From positions 1 to 34,835 of the forward strand of contig JBNKUM010000057.1 of assembly GCA_050298595.1 (NCBI GenBank): 34,835 nt of DNA, given 5' to 3'. Below, piece after piece: positions 10,424 through 19,279 of the stretch. The DNA comes from Gammaproteobacteria bacterium. GTDB lineage: Bacteria; Pseudomonadota; Gammaproteobacteria; GCA-001735895. The notes under the pieces were generated by a model. That model worked only from the letters and a program-made list of their open reading frames with translations, did no database searches and had not been told where the DNA came from. The first letter of the stretch is position 1. Each line of letters starts with the position of its first letter. A program made the translations under genes and the position numbers.

Positions 10424-10629
10424 CCCGACCCTATTTGCAGTCGGGAGGAGATATGGTTCGTGTCGGTGGTCTCGATGACACGATTGACCCCTCCAGAAAA
10501 CTGGGTAAGCCTGTTAGCAATGCTAAACTCGACAATGGAAAAGCCATCAATCCAGAAAAACCTACCAGGTTGCAGGCGGAGCAAGTGTTAACCGCACCCC
10601 GGAAGCTCGCCTGATGCGACGCTTTTTTT
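10424..10629 (+). other. Candidate structured leader or ncRNA, family not recognised
   Basis: Several stems (cccgac/gtcggg, tcgtgtc/gacacga, ggagg/cctcc, caggcg/cgcctg) followed by a T7 run upstream of the cysteine hydrolase. Confidence 0.3.
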
Positions 10630-10702
10630 ACCTGATTGATTGAATTCACATCCACATCGACTTACGCTCTTTATCCACCTGATTAAAATCCGGGAAATTC
10701 TT

Positions 10703-11371
10703 ATGAACTGGAAAACAGACTATCGCTCATTTTATTACCAGAATGCTAAAAAACCGGATGACATTATTCTGTCACCGGACAAAACCGCATTGCTGGTGAT
10801 CGATATCCAGAATACCTACATGGAACCATCCGATGACCCAATACAGGCCGAACGTTGGCAACCCTTTTATGAGCGGATGAATCATCAGGTCATCCCCACG
10901 ACTGCAAAGCTGATTGAGGATGCCCGTCAGCGCGGCGTGGAAGTCATCTTTGCACGTATCGCCTGCCTTAAAAACGACGGCAGAGATCGATCTCTGAGTC
11001 AGAAAAAACCGGGGTTTAATTACCTGTTAATGCCGATGACTAGCGCAGAAAGTCAGATCGTCCCCGAACTCCAGCCACAGGGCGATGAAATTGTAGTCAC
11101 CAAAACCACCGACAGTGCCCTCACAGGCACCAACCTACGATTGATATTGAACAATATGGGTATAGAGCATGTGGTTGTGGCGGGGATATTCACCGATCAA
11201 TGTGTGTCATCTACGGTGCGTAGCCTGGCAGATGAAAGCTTTAATGTCATTGTTGTGGAGGACTGCTGCGCAGCGGCTACGGAACAGTTGCATCGGCATG
11301 AACTGGAAATCATTAATATGATTTATTGTCATGTTGTTAGTTCTGAGGAATTGCTTGGGTTTTACTCCTGA
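10703..11371 (+). CDS. Isochorismatase-family cysteine hydrolase
   Basis: Catalytic triad motifs ALLVIDIQN (Asp), VTKTT (Lys) and GIFTDQCVSST (Cys). ATG 10703 is preferred over TTG 10640. Confidence 0.9.
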   Translation: MNWKTDYRSFYYQNAKKPDDIILSPDKTALLVIDIQNTYMEPSDDPIQAERWQPFYERMNHQVIPTTAKLIEDARQRGVEVIFARIACLKNDGRDRSLSQKKPGFNYLLMPMTSAESQIVPELQPQGDEIVVTKTTDSALTGTNLRLILNNMGIEHVVVAGIFTDQCVSSTVRSLADESFNVIVVEDCCAAATEQLHRHELEIINMIYCHVVSSEELLGFYS

Positions 11372-11418
11372 ATAATTTATTGTCTTGGCGAGTACCCAAA
11401 GGGCATAAACTTCGCGTG

Positions 11419-11464
11419 GCAGGAGTGCTACATGGACGTAGCGTTTACGGAACCAGGGGGTGTA
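11419..11464 (+). repeat. 46-bp GGA-loop hairpin repeat, copy 1
   Basis: 42/46 identical to the reverse complement of 32458-32503. Confidence 0.85.
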
Positions 11465-11844
11465 GTTTTATTAAAGCTAGCAACTCCCGTTAATTTGTTT
11501 CATCCGCAATAGCTGAAAGTACTTTGTAGCCCCTGACGAACAAGCCTGCGAGTCACTCTTTTCAACAGCTAAAAGTAGTGACCACAAAATTCACAGGATC
11601 AATTTTTAAACAGCTCGCTGGCACGAAGGGCGGATGTAATTATTGCTACCTGCAATATTGAAAACTACAGACTTCTGGTTAATGGGTTACCCAGATCCGC
11701 CTCGTCAGGTTGACGATTTCATTTGTTTAAAAATTGACGAATTCTCATAACAAGCTGCTCGGGGTGCTCTTCAATTACTAAGGAGGTGAGCATCTCCGGA
11801 CCGGTTTATCCCTGGACGGAATAGCGGTACCGCCAACCTGGCAA

Positions 11845-12405
11845 TCACTCGATCGAGCCCGACTCCAACAATTCGCCACCCGGCAGCAACTCGAAATATT
11901 CATGGCTGATTTTAACGAGCTTTTCATTGTCTCTATCCAGCCATCGCAGGGGAAGCTCAAATTCCTTCTCGATGCTACGGGCCACACTGTCTGGGATCTC
12001 CATGAGCCCCTTGGCCATTTTGCACAGGTAAGTCGGATTGATGACATGGGCTACCTTTTTCGCCGCATGAGTATGCCCTCCGGCCATCCAGCGGATCATG
12101 TCCAGATTTCTTGACCGCCTGGCTTCAATTTTTGAATCCTGATGCTCCGGTAAAATTTCCGCGATCTGATCCGCATTTACCTTAATGAGCGTTTCGTTTT
12201 CCCTGTCCAGCCAATTGTCGGGAAGGTCGAATGCTTTTTCTATCTTGCGCGCCAACTCATCCGTAATGGTTTTTTCTCCATTGATCATTTTGGAAATATA
12301 ATTGGCGTTTATTATATGCGCCATCCTGATCGCGATTCGCTCATGGCCGCCCATCATCCAGCGGATCAAACCCAAATTTCTGGCGCGTTGCTCTTTAAGC
12401 TTCAT
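11845..12405 (-). CDS. Protein with two tandem Cro/CI-like HTH domains
   Basis: Two ~80-aa repeats (RNL..IRWM.GGH...ARxIEK.F.LP..WLDR) resembling phage repressor N-terminal domains. Confidence 0.75.
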   Translation of the reverse strand: MKLKEQRARNLGLIRWMMGGHERIAIRMAHIINANYISKMINGEKTITDELARKIEKAFDLPDNWLDRENETLIKVNADQIAEILPEHQDSKIEARRSRNLDMIRWMAGGHTHAAKKVAHVINPTYLCKMAKGLMEIPDSVARSIEKEFELPLRWLDRDNEKLVKISHEYFELLPGGELLESGSIE

Positions 12406-12531
12406 TGTTTACTACTCGCTGACATATCAATAAAGACCTTTCATTAAGCCGCTGGGTATTCCCCCCTGCCTGGAATTTAAATCCCCGTGGCTCCATGGCC
12501 ATGAAAGACCGGATCTCTCTCATTCACCGCA

Positions 12532-13947
12532 TTAGCTTCCGATGTTCCGCGGCGCCAACATCGATTTCGGGTTTAAATACCCTTCGAGTTCGTTTTGCTC
12601 CAACAGCCCTTCTTCGAGAATCAATTCCTTTACGGTTTTGCCGGAATGAAGGGCCATGTGAGCGATACGGGATGCATTAGAATAGCCGATATACGGCACC
12701 AGTGCCGTTATACTTCCGATACTTATATTCACCAGTTCTTCACAACGTTCACGATTGGCTTTAATGCCTTTTACGCAACGCGTTTCAAGCATGGAGCAAG
12801 CTGAACCCAACATACGCATTGAGTTCAACAGGTTATAGATTATTAAAGGTTCCATAGCATTCAGCTGCAACTGGCCGGCTTCCGCCGCCAGAGTAACCGC
12901 GAGGTCATTGGCGATCACCTGATAGGCTGTCTGGTTGACCGCCTCAGGAATTACTGGATTGACCTTTCCCGGCATGATGGAAGAGCCTGCCTGCATCGGC
13001 GGCAGGGATATTTCACCAAATCCCGCTCTGGGCCCGCTGGATAACAGGCGAAAATCGTTGGCCATTTTTCCCAGCTTGATGGCGAACCGACGCAGGATTC
13101 CGGAAAAAAGCACAAAGGCCCCCATATCGGAAGTCGCTTCAACGAGATTGGCTGCCGGTATCAGGGCCTTGCCTGAAAACTCACTCAAATAACGCACCGC
13201 CAGCTCGCGATACCGCGGATGCGTGTTGATACCGGTTCCGATGGCGGTACCGCCCAGGTTTACCTCCGATAACAGAACACAGGCTTCCTCCAGACGATCG
13301 ATATCTTCGCCAAGATTGACCGCGAAAGCCTCGAACTCCTGCCCCAGAGTCATGGGTACGGCATCCTGCAACTGTGTACGCCCCATCTTGACGATGTCGT
13401 CGAACTCTTCACCCTTTGCCGACAGAGAAGCGATAAGACTGCGGATGGTTTCAATCAATGGCTCTGCGCCGAACTGAATCGCCAGGCTGGCTGCCGTAGG
13501 GTAGGCATCGTTAGTAGACTGGGAGCAGTTCACATCATCATTGGGGTGCAGAAATTGATATTCCCCTTTGGCATGGCCCATCTTTTCCAGGGCTAGATTG
13601 GCAATGACTTCATTGGCATTCATATTGGTCGAAGTGCCGGCTCCACCCTGAATCAGGTCGACGACAAACTGATCGTGCAAATGTCCATCACAGATATCGC
13701 GGCATGCCTCGATAATCATCTGGGATTTTTTTGCCGTCAAATTGCCAAGATCTTCATTGGCTTTAGCCGCCGCCATTTTTACCAATGCGAGCGCCCTTAC
13801 CAGTTCAGGAAAGTGACTGATCGGCACTCCGGTGATGGAAAAATTATCAACTGCTCGCTGGGTTTGGATCCCATACCAGGCATCAGCGGGTATGTTCAGC
13901 TCACCCAACAGGTCGGATTCCGTACGGCTATTCAACATTGTATTCAT
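12532..13947 (-). CDS. aspA: Aspartate ammonia-lyase
   Basis: QGGAGTSTNMNANEV, SQSTND, KMGRTQLQDA and GSSIMPGKVNP signature. Confidence 0.93.
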   Translation of the reverse strand: MNTMLNSRTESDLLGELNIPADAWYGIQTQRAVDNFSITGVPISHFPELVRALALVKMAAAKANEDLGNLTAKKSQMIIEACRDICDGHLHDQFVVDLIQGGAGTSTNMNANEVIANLALEKMGHAKGEYQFLHPNDDVNCSQSTNDAYPTAASLAIQFGAEPLIETIRSLIASLSAKGEEFDDIVKMGRTQLQDAVPMTLGQEFEAFAVNLGEDIDRLEEACVLLSEVNLGGTAIGTGINTHPRYRELAVRYLSEFSGKALIPAANLVEATSDMGAFVLFSGILRRFAIKLGKMANDFRLLSSGPRAGFGEISLPPMQAGSSIMPGKVNPVIPEAVNQTAYQVIANDLAVTLAAEAGQLQLNAMEPLIIYNLLNSMRMLGSACSMLETRCVKGIKANRERCEELVNISIGSITALVPYIGYSNASRIAHMALHSGKTVKELILEEGLLEQNELEGYLNPKSMLAPRNIGS

Positions 13948-14158
13948 TTTACTGCCCCGGAAATGCCCGGGCTCTATGGTTTAAGAAGCGTGCTATTTAA
14001 ACAAACACGAGGCGGTAAAAACATTTAACTGGTATTCGCTATCTGATGCGGCTTGTCGCTTAATTAGTTACTAATAGCACCAGATATTGCTTTTCTCTGA
14101 TATCTGGATGCCGTAAAATTGGGGATCTTGAAGTACCGAATATTAAAAGTACGTTGAC

Positions 14159-14974
14159 ATGCAGTACAACCTTGCCCCCAATCTCAGACTGCTTTGCAGT
14201 TACTACAAATCCACGGCCGAGGTATGCCGGCGACTGGATATGAATCGTCCCCAGTTTAATCGCTACCTGAATGGTCGAAGCAAGCCTTCTTCAAACATTA
14301 TGCTGCGGATTTGTAATTTCTTCGGTGTGGAAGAGCACGAAATCCTTCTTCCCCATGACCAGTTCCAGAGACTGATCCAGGTCCGACCCAGAACCCAGAC
14401 TGCGGGCCCCACCAAATCACCCCACCAGGAACACATCAACAAGCTGCTACAGGCCGGCAGCGCAGGTCTGGACAAGTATCTCGGCTACTACTTCGAGCAC
14501 TACCAGTCGATGGCTTATCCGGGAAAAATCATTCGCACGCTGGTTTGCCTGGAAATGCGCGACGGGCAGGTCTACTACCAGCGCACGGAACGACTTAGAG
14601 AAGAAGCCGGTGAAAAGATCTACCATGCCATTTATCTGGGAATCGTGTTGTTGCTTACCGACCGTATTTTCATGATGGATTATGAAACGCTCACCGGTAA
14701 TCAAGTAACCCAGACCATTTTGATTCCAACTTACAAAAACAGGGTCAATCGGCTTAGCGGACTGAGGCAGGGGGTATCTGGTAGCGGGGAAAGAACGCCA
14801 TGCTCGGCTCGAGTCGTGTATGAATACCTGGGAACATCTGTGGATATGCAAAGCGCCTTGAGGCTCTGCGGGCTATATGATCAGGATTCCAGCGATATCG
14901 ACAAAGCCCTGAAACGCGGCATCGCCAATGATATCGCAACAACGGAATGGCATTTACGCGCCAAACATCTCTAG
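14159..14974 (+). CDS. XRE-family transcriptional regulator with a long C-terminal domain
   Basis: N-terminal HTH (STAEVCRRLDMNRPQFNRYLNGRSKPS). Divergent from aspA. Confidence 0.85.
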   Translation: MQYNLAPNLRLLCSYYKSTAEVCRRLDMNRPQFNRYLNGRSKPSSNIMLRICNFFGVEEHEILLPHDQFQRLIQVRPRTQTAGPTKSPHQEHINKLLQAGSAGLDKYLGYYFEHYQSMAYPGKIIRTLVCLEMRDGQVYYQRTERLREEAGEKIYHAIYLGIVLLLTDRIFMMDYETLTGNQVTQTILIPTYKNRVNRLSGLRQGVSGSGERTPCSARVVYEYLGTSVDMQSALRLCGLYDQDSSDIDKALKRGIANDIATTEWHLRAKHL

Positions 14975-15034
14975 CCTCTGAATCCGAATTACGAATTAAC
15001 TGGGGGCAGGTACAAGTTAAGATTTAAAACAAAC

Positions 15035-15094
15035 CCGGGGCAGAGAACAATTGTTTCTAATATTAGAAATCATTGCTATCTGACCCGGTTTTAT
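15035..15094. repeat. 60-bp REP-like palindrome, copy A
   Basis: CCGGGGCAGA...TCTAATATTAGA...TCTGACCCGG. 56/60 identical to 16391-16450. Confidence 0.9.
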
Positions 15095-15112
15095 TCACTG
15101 GTTACCAGGGCT

Positions 15113-16198
15113 TTATCGACCGAGCAAAAACTCAGTTATCATATCGCATGCCTGAGCAACTCCATCCATCGTTGTACCAGGTCGCTTTCCGCTGAGTAAT
15201 AACTGTTCACAGGCCTCGATTGCAGTAGTTAAACAGAAAGCATCTGCATCTATGCCTTGCTGGTTTACCCTGGAGTCTAACCATGTTTCAAGGTAGAGAG
15301 CTTCAGGCCAGTCGGGCCTGCGCAGATGAAAGACAGGTAGTCCGGCAGCTGCAGCTTCGACAAAGGTACCATAGCCTGACTTGGTAAAAACTAAATCGCT
15401 AGAAGCAAGAATATCCTGAAAGTTTAGCCCCAATGCCGTATAACAATGAACTCTTTCGTGCTTGATTGGCCAACCCGGTGGTACTACCAGATGCTGGTAA
15501 CGACGTGGTTTCCAGGCCTCAATATCAAGATCCATCGGCATCCCTCCCATGGCGAACAGTACAACATCCTCATCCGCCTGAATACCTGCTGATTGTTGCA
15601 AGGCTTCTCGCTGACGTATTCCAGGCGAAGCCACCGGGCCTATAGCCTTTCGGTTCCTCAGCCAGCTCATGGGCATAGCCGGTTCTGGTTGAAGAAAGAC
15701 ATCAGCTCCTTGATAAGCATCAACCATCGTTTCTAATATATTGCGAGCTTTAGGGTTATCAGGTAAATAGTTGCTGGTAATATCAAACCAGTTCAATGAA
15801 CAGATAGCTAGCGCTGGAATTTTCACTTTTTTAGCCGCAGCTAAGGTCAAATAAGGCACATCGGCTAACACCAGGTTAGCTCCAGAGCTTTCAAGATCTT
15901 TTGCACACTCATCAACCTGCTTTTCCCAGTTAGCATGCAGTTTGGCATAGCGCTTAAAACTACTCTTTCCATCTACTCTCACAGCATCGAACATAACCAG
16001 CCCAAAATCATCGCTCGCGGATTGAAGGTTATAGTCTCCATATATCCGACTTCTCAACACTTCATCAGGAAGATTTGTTCTAAGGGTAAGCTGCAATCCC
16101 GGCATCTGCCTGATCAGGCTATTAATTATCGGTACCACCTGGCTGAGGTGACCATAACCATGAGCTGATATTGCCACTAAAAGATGAGGTTCAGGCAT
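15113..16198 (-). CDS. GT-B fold glycosyltransferase-like protein (resembles the L-arabinokinase N-terminal domain type)
   Basis: ISAHGYGH N-terminal motif and C-terminal FTKSGYGTFVEA donor-binding motif. Confidence 0.75.
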   Translation of the reverse strand: MPEPHLLVAISAHGYGHLSQVVPIINSLIRQMPGLQLTLRTNLPDEVLRSRIYGDYNLQSASDDFGLVMFDAVRVDGKSSFKRYAKLHANWEKQVDECAKDLESSGANLVLADVPYLTLAAAKKVKIPALAICSLNWFDITSNYLPDNPKARNILETMVDAYQGADVFLQPEPAMPMSWLRNRKAIGPVASPGIRQREALQQSAGIQADEDVVLFAMGGMPMDLDIEAWKPRRYQHLVVPPGWPIKHERVHCYTALGLNFQDILASSDLVFTKSGYGTFVEAAAAGLPVFHLRRPDWPEALYLETWLDSRVNQQGIDADAFCLTTAIEACEQLLLSGKRPGTTMDGVAQACDMITEFLLGR

Positions 16199-16390
16199 AC
16201 TTGATATTCTACATTTCTAACTATTGATGGATTGGGGAAGATTACGCGATGAGGATGGTAAAGTATTTACAACTACAATAACAAAGCAATTGATACTCAT
16301 TGATCAGGATGGTAATACCTGTCTCCATAAAGAAACCCCTACCTATTCTTTGCGAGTACAACAACTGCTAGAACCTTATCTGTAATAAAT

Positions 16391-16450
16391 CCGGGGCAGA
16401 GAACAATTGTTTCTAATATTATAAAATATTGCTCTCTGACCCGGTTTTAT
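16391..16450. repeat. 60-bp REP-like palindrome, copy B
   Basis: Direct repeat of 15035-15094. Confidence 0.9.
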
Positions 16451-16898
16451 CATGAAATAGATTGGATGAAGTCTAGCTTAGAGTTAATCATAAATCAAAG
16501 TCCTAACCTAAATCCTACGACTCCGGAGAGTCAGCCGTATCACTCGCATTGACGCGATAAAGCTGTATTGCCTTCCCTGTCACCCAACGAGGTCGGCACT
16601 CTCGATATTGTTTTCGGAGCTCTATCCTGAGCTCGTACCACCTACGCCCACGTAGGTATTGGCTCTAGTTTTCTGCTTAGCACTAGCACTTTCAACTGCC
16701 GCGATATTGCTACTCAAGCCACTGCAAAAGCCTCGTGTCGGTGTGCGAACAAACATTTACCTGGAAGATAATTATCATGACACGGATTAATCTAAGGGGA
16801 CAATGTCGTTATCGTAGATTGATTGATGGATTTATAAGGCATCTCTAGCGAAAGATGCTCCGATGATATTTAGACGCGACGCTTTTTTCAAAACTATT

Positions 16899-19256
16899 CT
16901 ACTGGATGCTAAGCTGATGCTCCACCTGATCATCCCATCCTTCACCACTAAGCTTAAACAAAATATTCTTTGCAGTGACTGCTGGGAGCGGTAAACGAGC
17001 CATATACACGCCAAGGCCGATATCTTCCGTATGTATAGTTTGATAATCAGATTCATCAGTTTTCCAGCTTATGTCAGCCGGACGAGGTAAACAGAAACCC
17101 AGACGCATTGCAGTCGGTAAAATCCTGATGGGCATTTGTTCTGACCAGTACCAGATATAGGTTTGTGGTCTTTGTCCATGATACCGAGCCCACAAAGGTT
17201 CAGGTCTATCTACTGGCCTGCCTTTAAGAATGGAACAGGCTAGCTTGATATATTCAGCATGAGCCCATGCCAACGGCATTGCCGAACCGGTTGGTCTACC
17301 AGGCATTAAACCCAGTTGCTCGAGTGGATCGGTATCCCAAACCTGTTCCGGCATCATGCCTGATGCTCCAGACATTTCTAGCATCGTCTGCAAACAGGGT
17401 ATTGCATCTGCACCTCGTATAAGTTCGTAATGTCCGCGCTCACCTGTCAAAAGGGGCCATAATCGACCCAGACCAGTGCCATTATAAGGGCTACCATCAA
17501 CATGCTCGCCATAGCCATCGCCGGTATAACGATACCAGCAGGAACCCTGCTTGAGATCCTTGCGCAACAGTTGATCAATCAATAGTACTGTATCGCTAAT
17601 CAAAGGGTGATCGGGATCGCGTAGTCCGTAGCGCACCAATTGTAGAAAATCTCCACCTACCTGTTCTTCTGCCCGCAATCTGGGATTGTCATGTCGATTC
17701 TTAATCTCCATCACGCGCGATAACACGCTGTCATCGATCACGGCAGATTCTGGCATGGTACGAATATAATAGCCCTTTATGCCAAAGCGCCGTGCCAGTT
17801 CAGTGTTATAGACCGCTGTCCAGTCTTCGATACGCGCATTCCAGTAGTCTGCTACTTCAAGCACATAAGCTTCCTGAGAAGCAGTTAAAAACCTCGCGCC
17901 GGATACCAGAGCAGCTATGCACACTGACAGGGTAAAGGTATTGACTCCGCTGTTTTCTTCCCAGCGATCCTGTGGGCTGACCGGACCTTTAGCCATCAGA
18001 AAACCGAGTGCGCGTTGCACCATATCCTGAACCTCGATGCCATCGAGAGCATCACGATCGTCCAGGGTTCCGGCCAGCAATACCGGGAACGCCACCTGGT
18101 CGAGCTGGACACCATTCCAGTAAGCCTTGCCACCCAGCCACTGGTTCTGCGCCCAACTTCCGTCACTATGCTGGCTAACGATCAGGTAGCGCAGGATTTC
18201 ACGTGCTTCCACCTCGGCTCCGAGTGCAAGCAATGCACCCGCCGATTCCACCAGATCACGCGGCCACACCAGATGATAGCCCGGCCGCTCTATACCACTT
18301 TCGCCCCAGGGTATACTCAGACTCGCTACCATTGCACCGCGAAAGGTCTGGTCCTGATGCGTGCGCAATACCATCGCACTCACCTTAAGCTGGTCGTACT
18401 GTGCTCGGCTCAGCAAGGCATGAGTACTCGGATCGCTATAGATCCGACAGGTATCATGCCAGCGTTGCCAATCATCAATCTGCTGCTGCCAGATCAACTC
18501 AAATGGTTGTAACAGGGCTGATATTGCCAGAGTAGCGGCGGCTTCGCGACTGGTTGCAAATCCCAGCCCCAACAGGGCGTGGCGAGATAGCTTGCCAGTC
18601 AATGCGACATTGCCAGGGCCTGCATTACGATACTGCCAGCGCATCGCACCATTTTTATTAAAATCCTGCCAACCATCCGAATAGCCACAATAACCCGCGC
18701 TGCTGGTACCAAAAGCATCCTGTTGCGTTGCGTCGACGGCAGCCAGTGCGAGCCCAAACGGACCCTGGTTAGCCCATAAAACTCGGCGACCGTGAAACTC
18801 ACCTACCTGCGCGACATTGTTTTTGCCAGTTCCGCCCAGATGCGGTACAAGCTGTACATAAGGCTTTAACGCTTCATCGCCTGTAATATCAATCTCCAGC
18901 AGTAATACATCACGATTAGGTTCCGCGACCAGGCGCTGGATGAAAGTAAAACGGGGGTGGGTATGCATAATAGTGATAGCTGGAACACCGGCTGCATGAA
19001 ATTTCACCGTACAATTTTGCAGGGTTTTCAGCTCGACCCAGAACCCCTGGTCGTCGGCAATAATAAAACCCATATCGAGGATCTGCGGGATATCCACGCG
19101 AGGGTAATATACTTCATTCAGAATGCCCTTGCCCAGTGTGAACCAGATGCGCGATGCGCCCAGCGTGGTGCCTACCGCCTGTTTATCCGCGCTGCACCAG
19201 TTAAGAGCAATACCAGGCGCTCCATGTGCGTGATCTTGAAAAACTCCCTTCTGCAT
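16899..19256 (-). CDS. GH15 glucoamylase/glucodextranase-type glucan 1,4-alpha-glucosidase
   Basis: N-terminal glucodextranase_N-like region (NEVYYP), plus VASLSIPWG, GYHLVWPRD, QDRWEE, MPEQVWD and SAMPLAWAHAEY. Confidence 0.9.
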   Translation of the reverse strand: MQKGVFQDHAHGAPGIALNWCSADKQAVGTTLGASRIWFTLGKGILNEVYYPRVDIPQILDMGFIIADDQGFWVELKTLQNCTVKFHAAGVPAITIMHTHPRFTFIQRLVAEPNRDVLLLEIDITGDEALKPYVQLVPHLGGTGKNNVAQVGEFHGRRVLWANQGPFGLALAAVDATQQDAFGTSSAGYCGYSDGWQDFNKNGAMRWQYRNAGPGNVALTGKLSRHALLGLGFATSREAAATLAISALLQPFELIWQQQIDDWQRWHDTCRIYSDPSTHALLSRAQYDQLKVSAMVLRTHQDQTFRGAMVASLSIPWGESGIERPGYHLVWPRDLVESAGALLALGAEVEAREILRYLIVSQHSDGSWAQNQWLGGKAYWNGVQLDQVAFPVLLAGTLDDRDALDGIEVQDMVQRALGFLMAKGPVSPQDRWEENSGVNTFTLSVCIAALVSGARFLTASQEAYVLEVADYWNARIEDWTAVYNTELARRFGIKGYYIRTMPESAVIDDSVLSRVMEIKNRHDNPRLRAEEQVGGDFLQLVRYGLRDPDHPLISDTVLLIDQLLRKDLKQGSCWYRYTGDGYGEHVDGSPYNGTGLGRLWPLLTGERGHYELIRGADAIPCLQTMLEMSGASGMMPEQVWDTDPLEQLGLMPGRPTGSAMPLAWAHAEYIKLACSILKGRPVDRPEPLWARYHGQRPQTYIWYWSEQMPIRILPTAMRLGFCLPRPADISWKTDESDYQTIHTEDIGLGVYMARLPLPAVTAKNILFKLSGEGWDDQVEHQLSIQ

Positions 19257-19279
19257 ATTGCTGTCTCCGTCTTTAGGAT

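Noticed and set aside
10409-10426. tmRNA-like 5' end (GGGGTCGAAAGGTTTGAC, minus strand)
   Set aside because: No T-arm, CCA end or tag reading frame found.
11619-11635. Sigma-54 promoter (TGGCACG)
   Set aside because: No TTGC -12 element at the required spacing.
16767-16777. Fur box (GATAATTATCA)
   Set aside because: Does not fit the 7-1-7 spacing and there is no plausible target gene.
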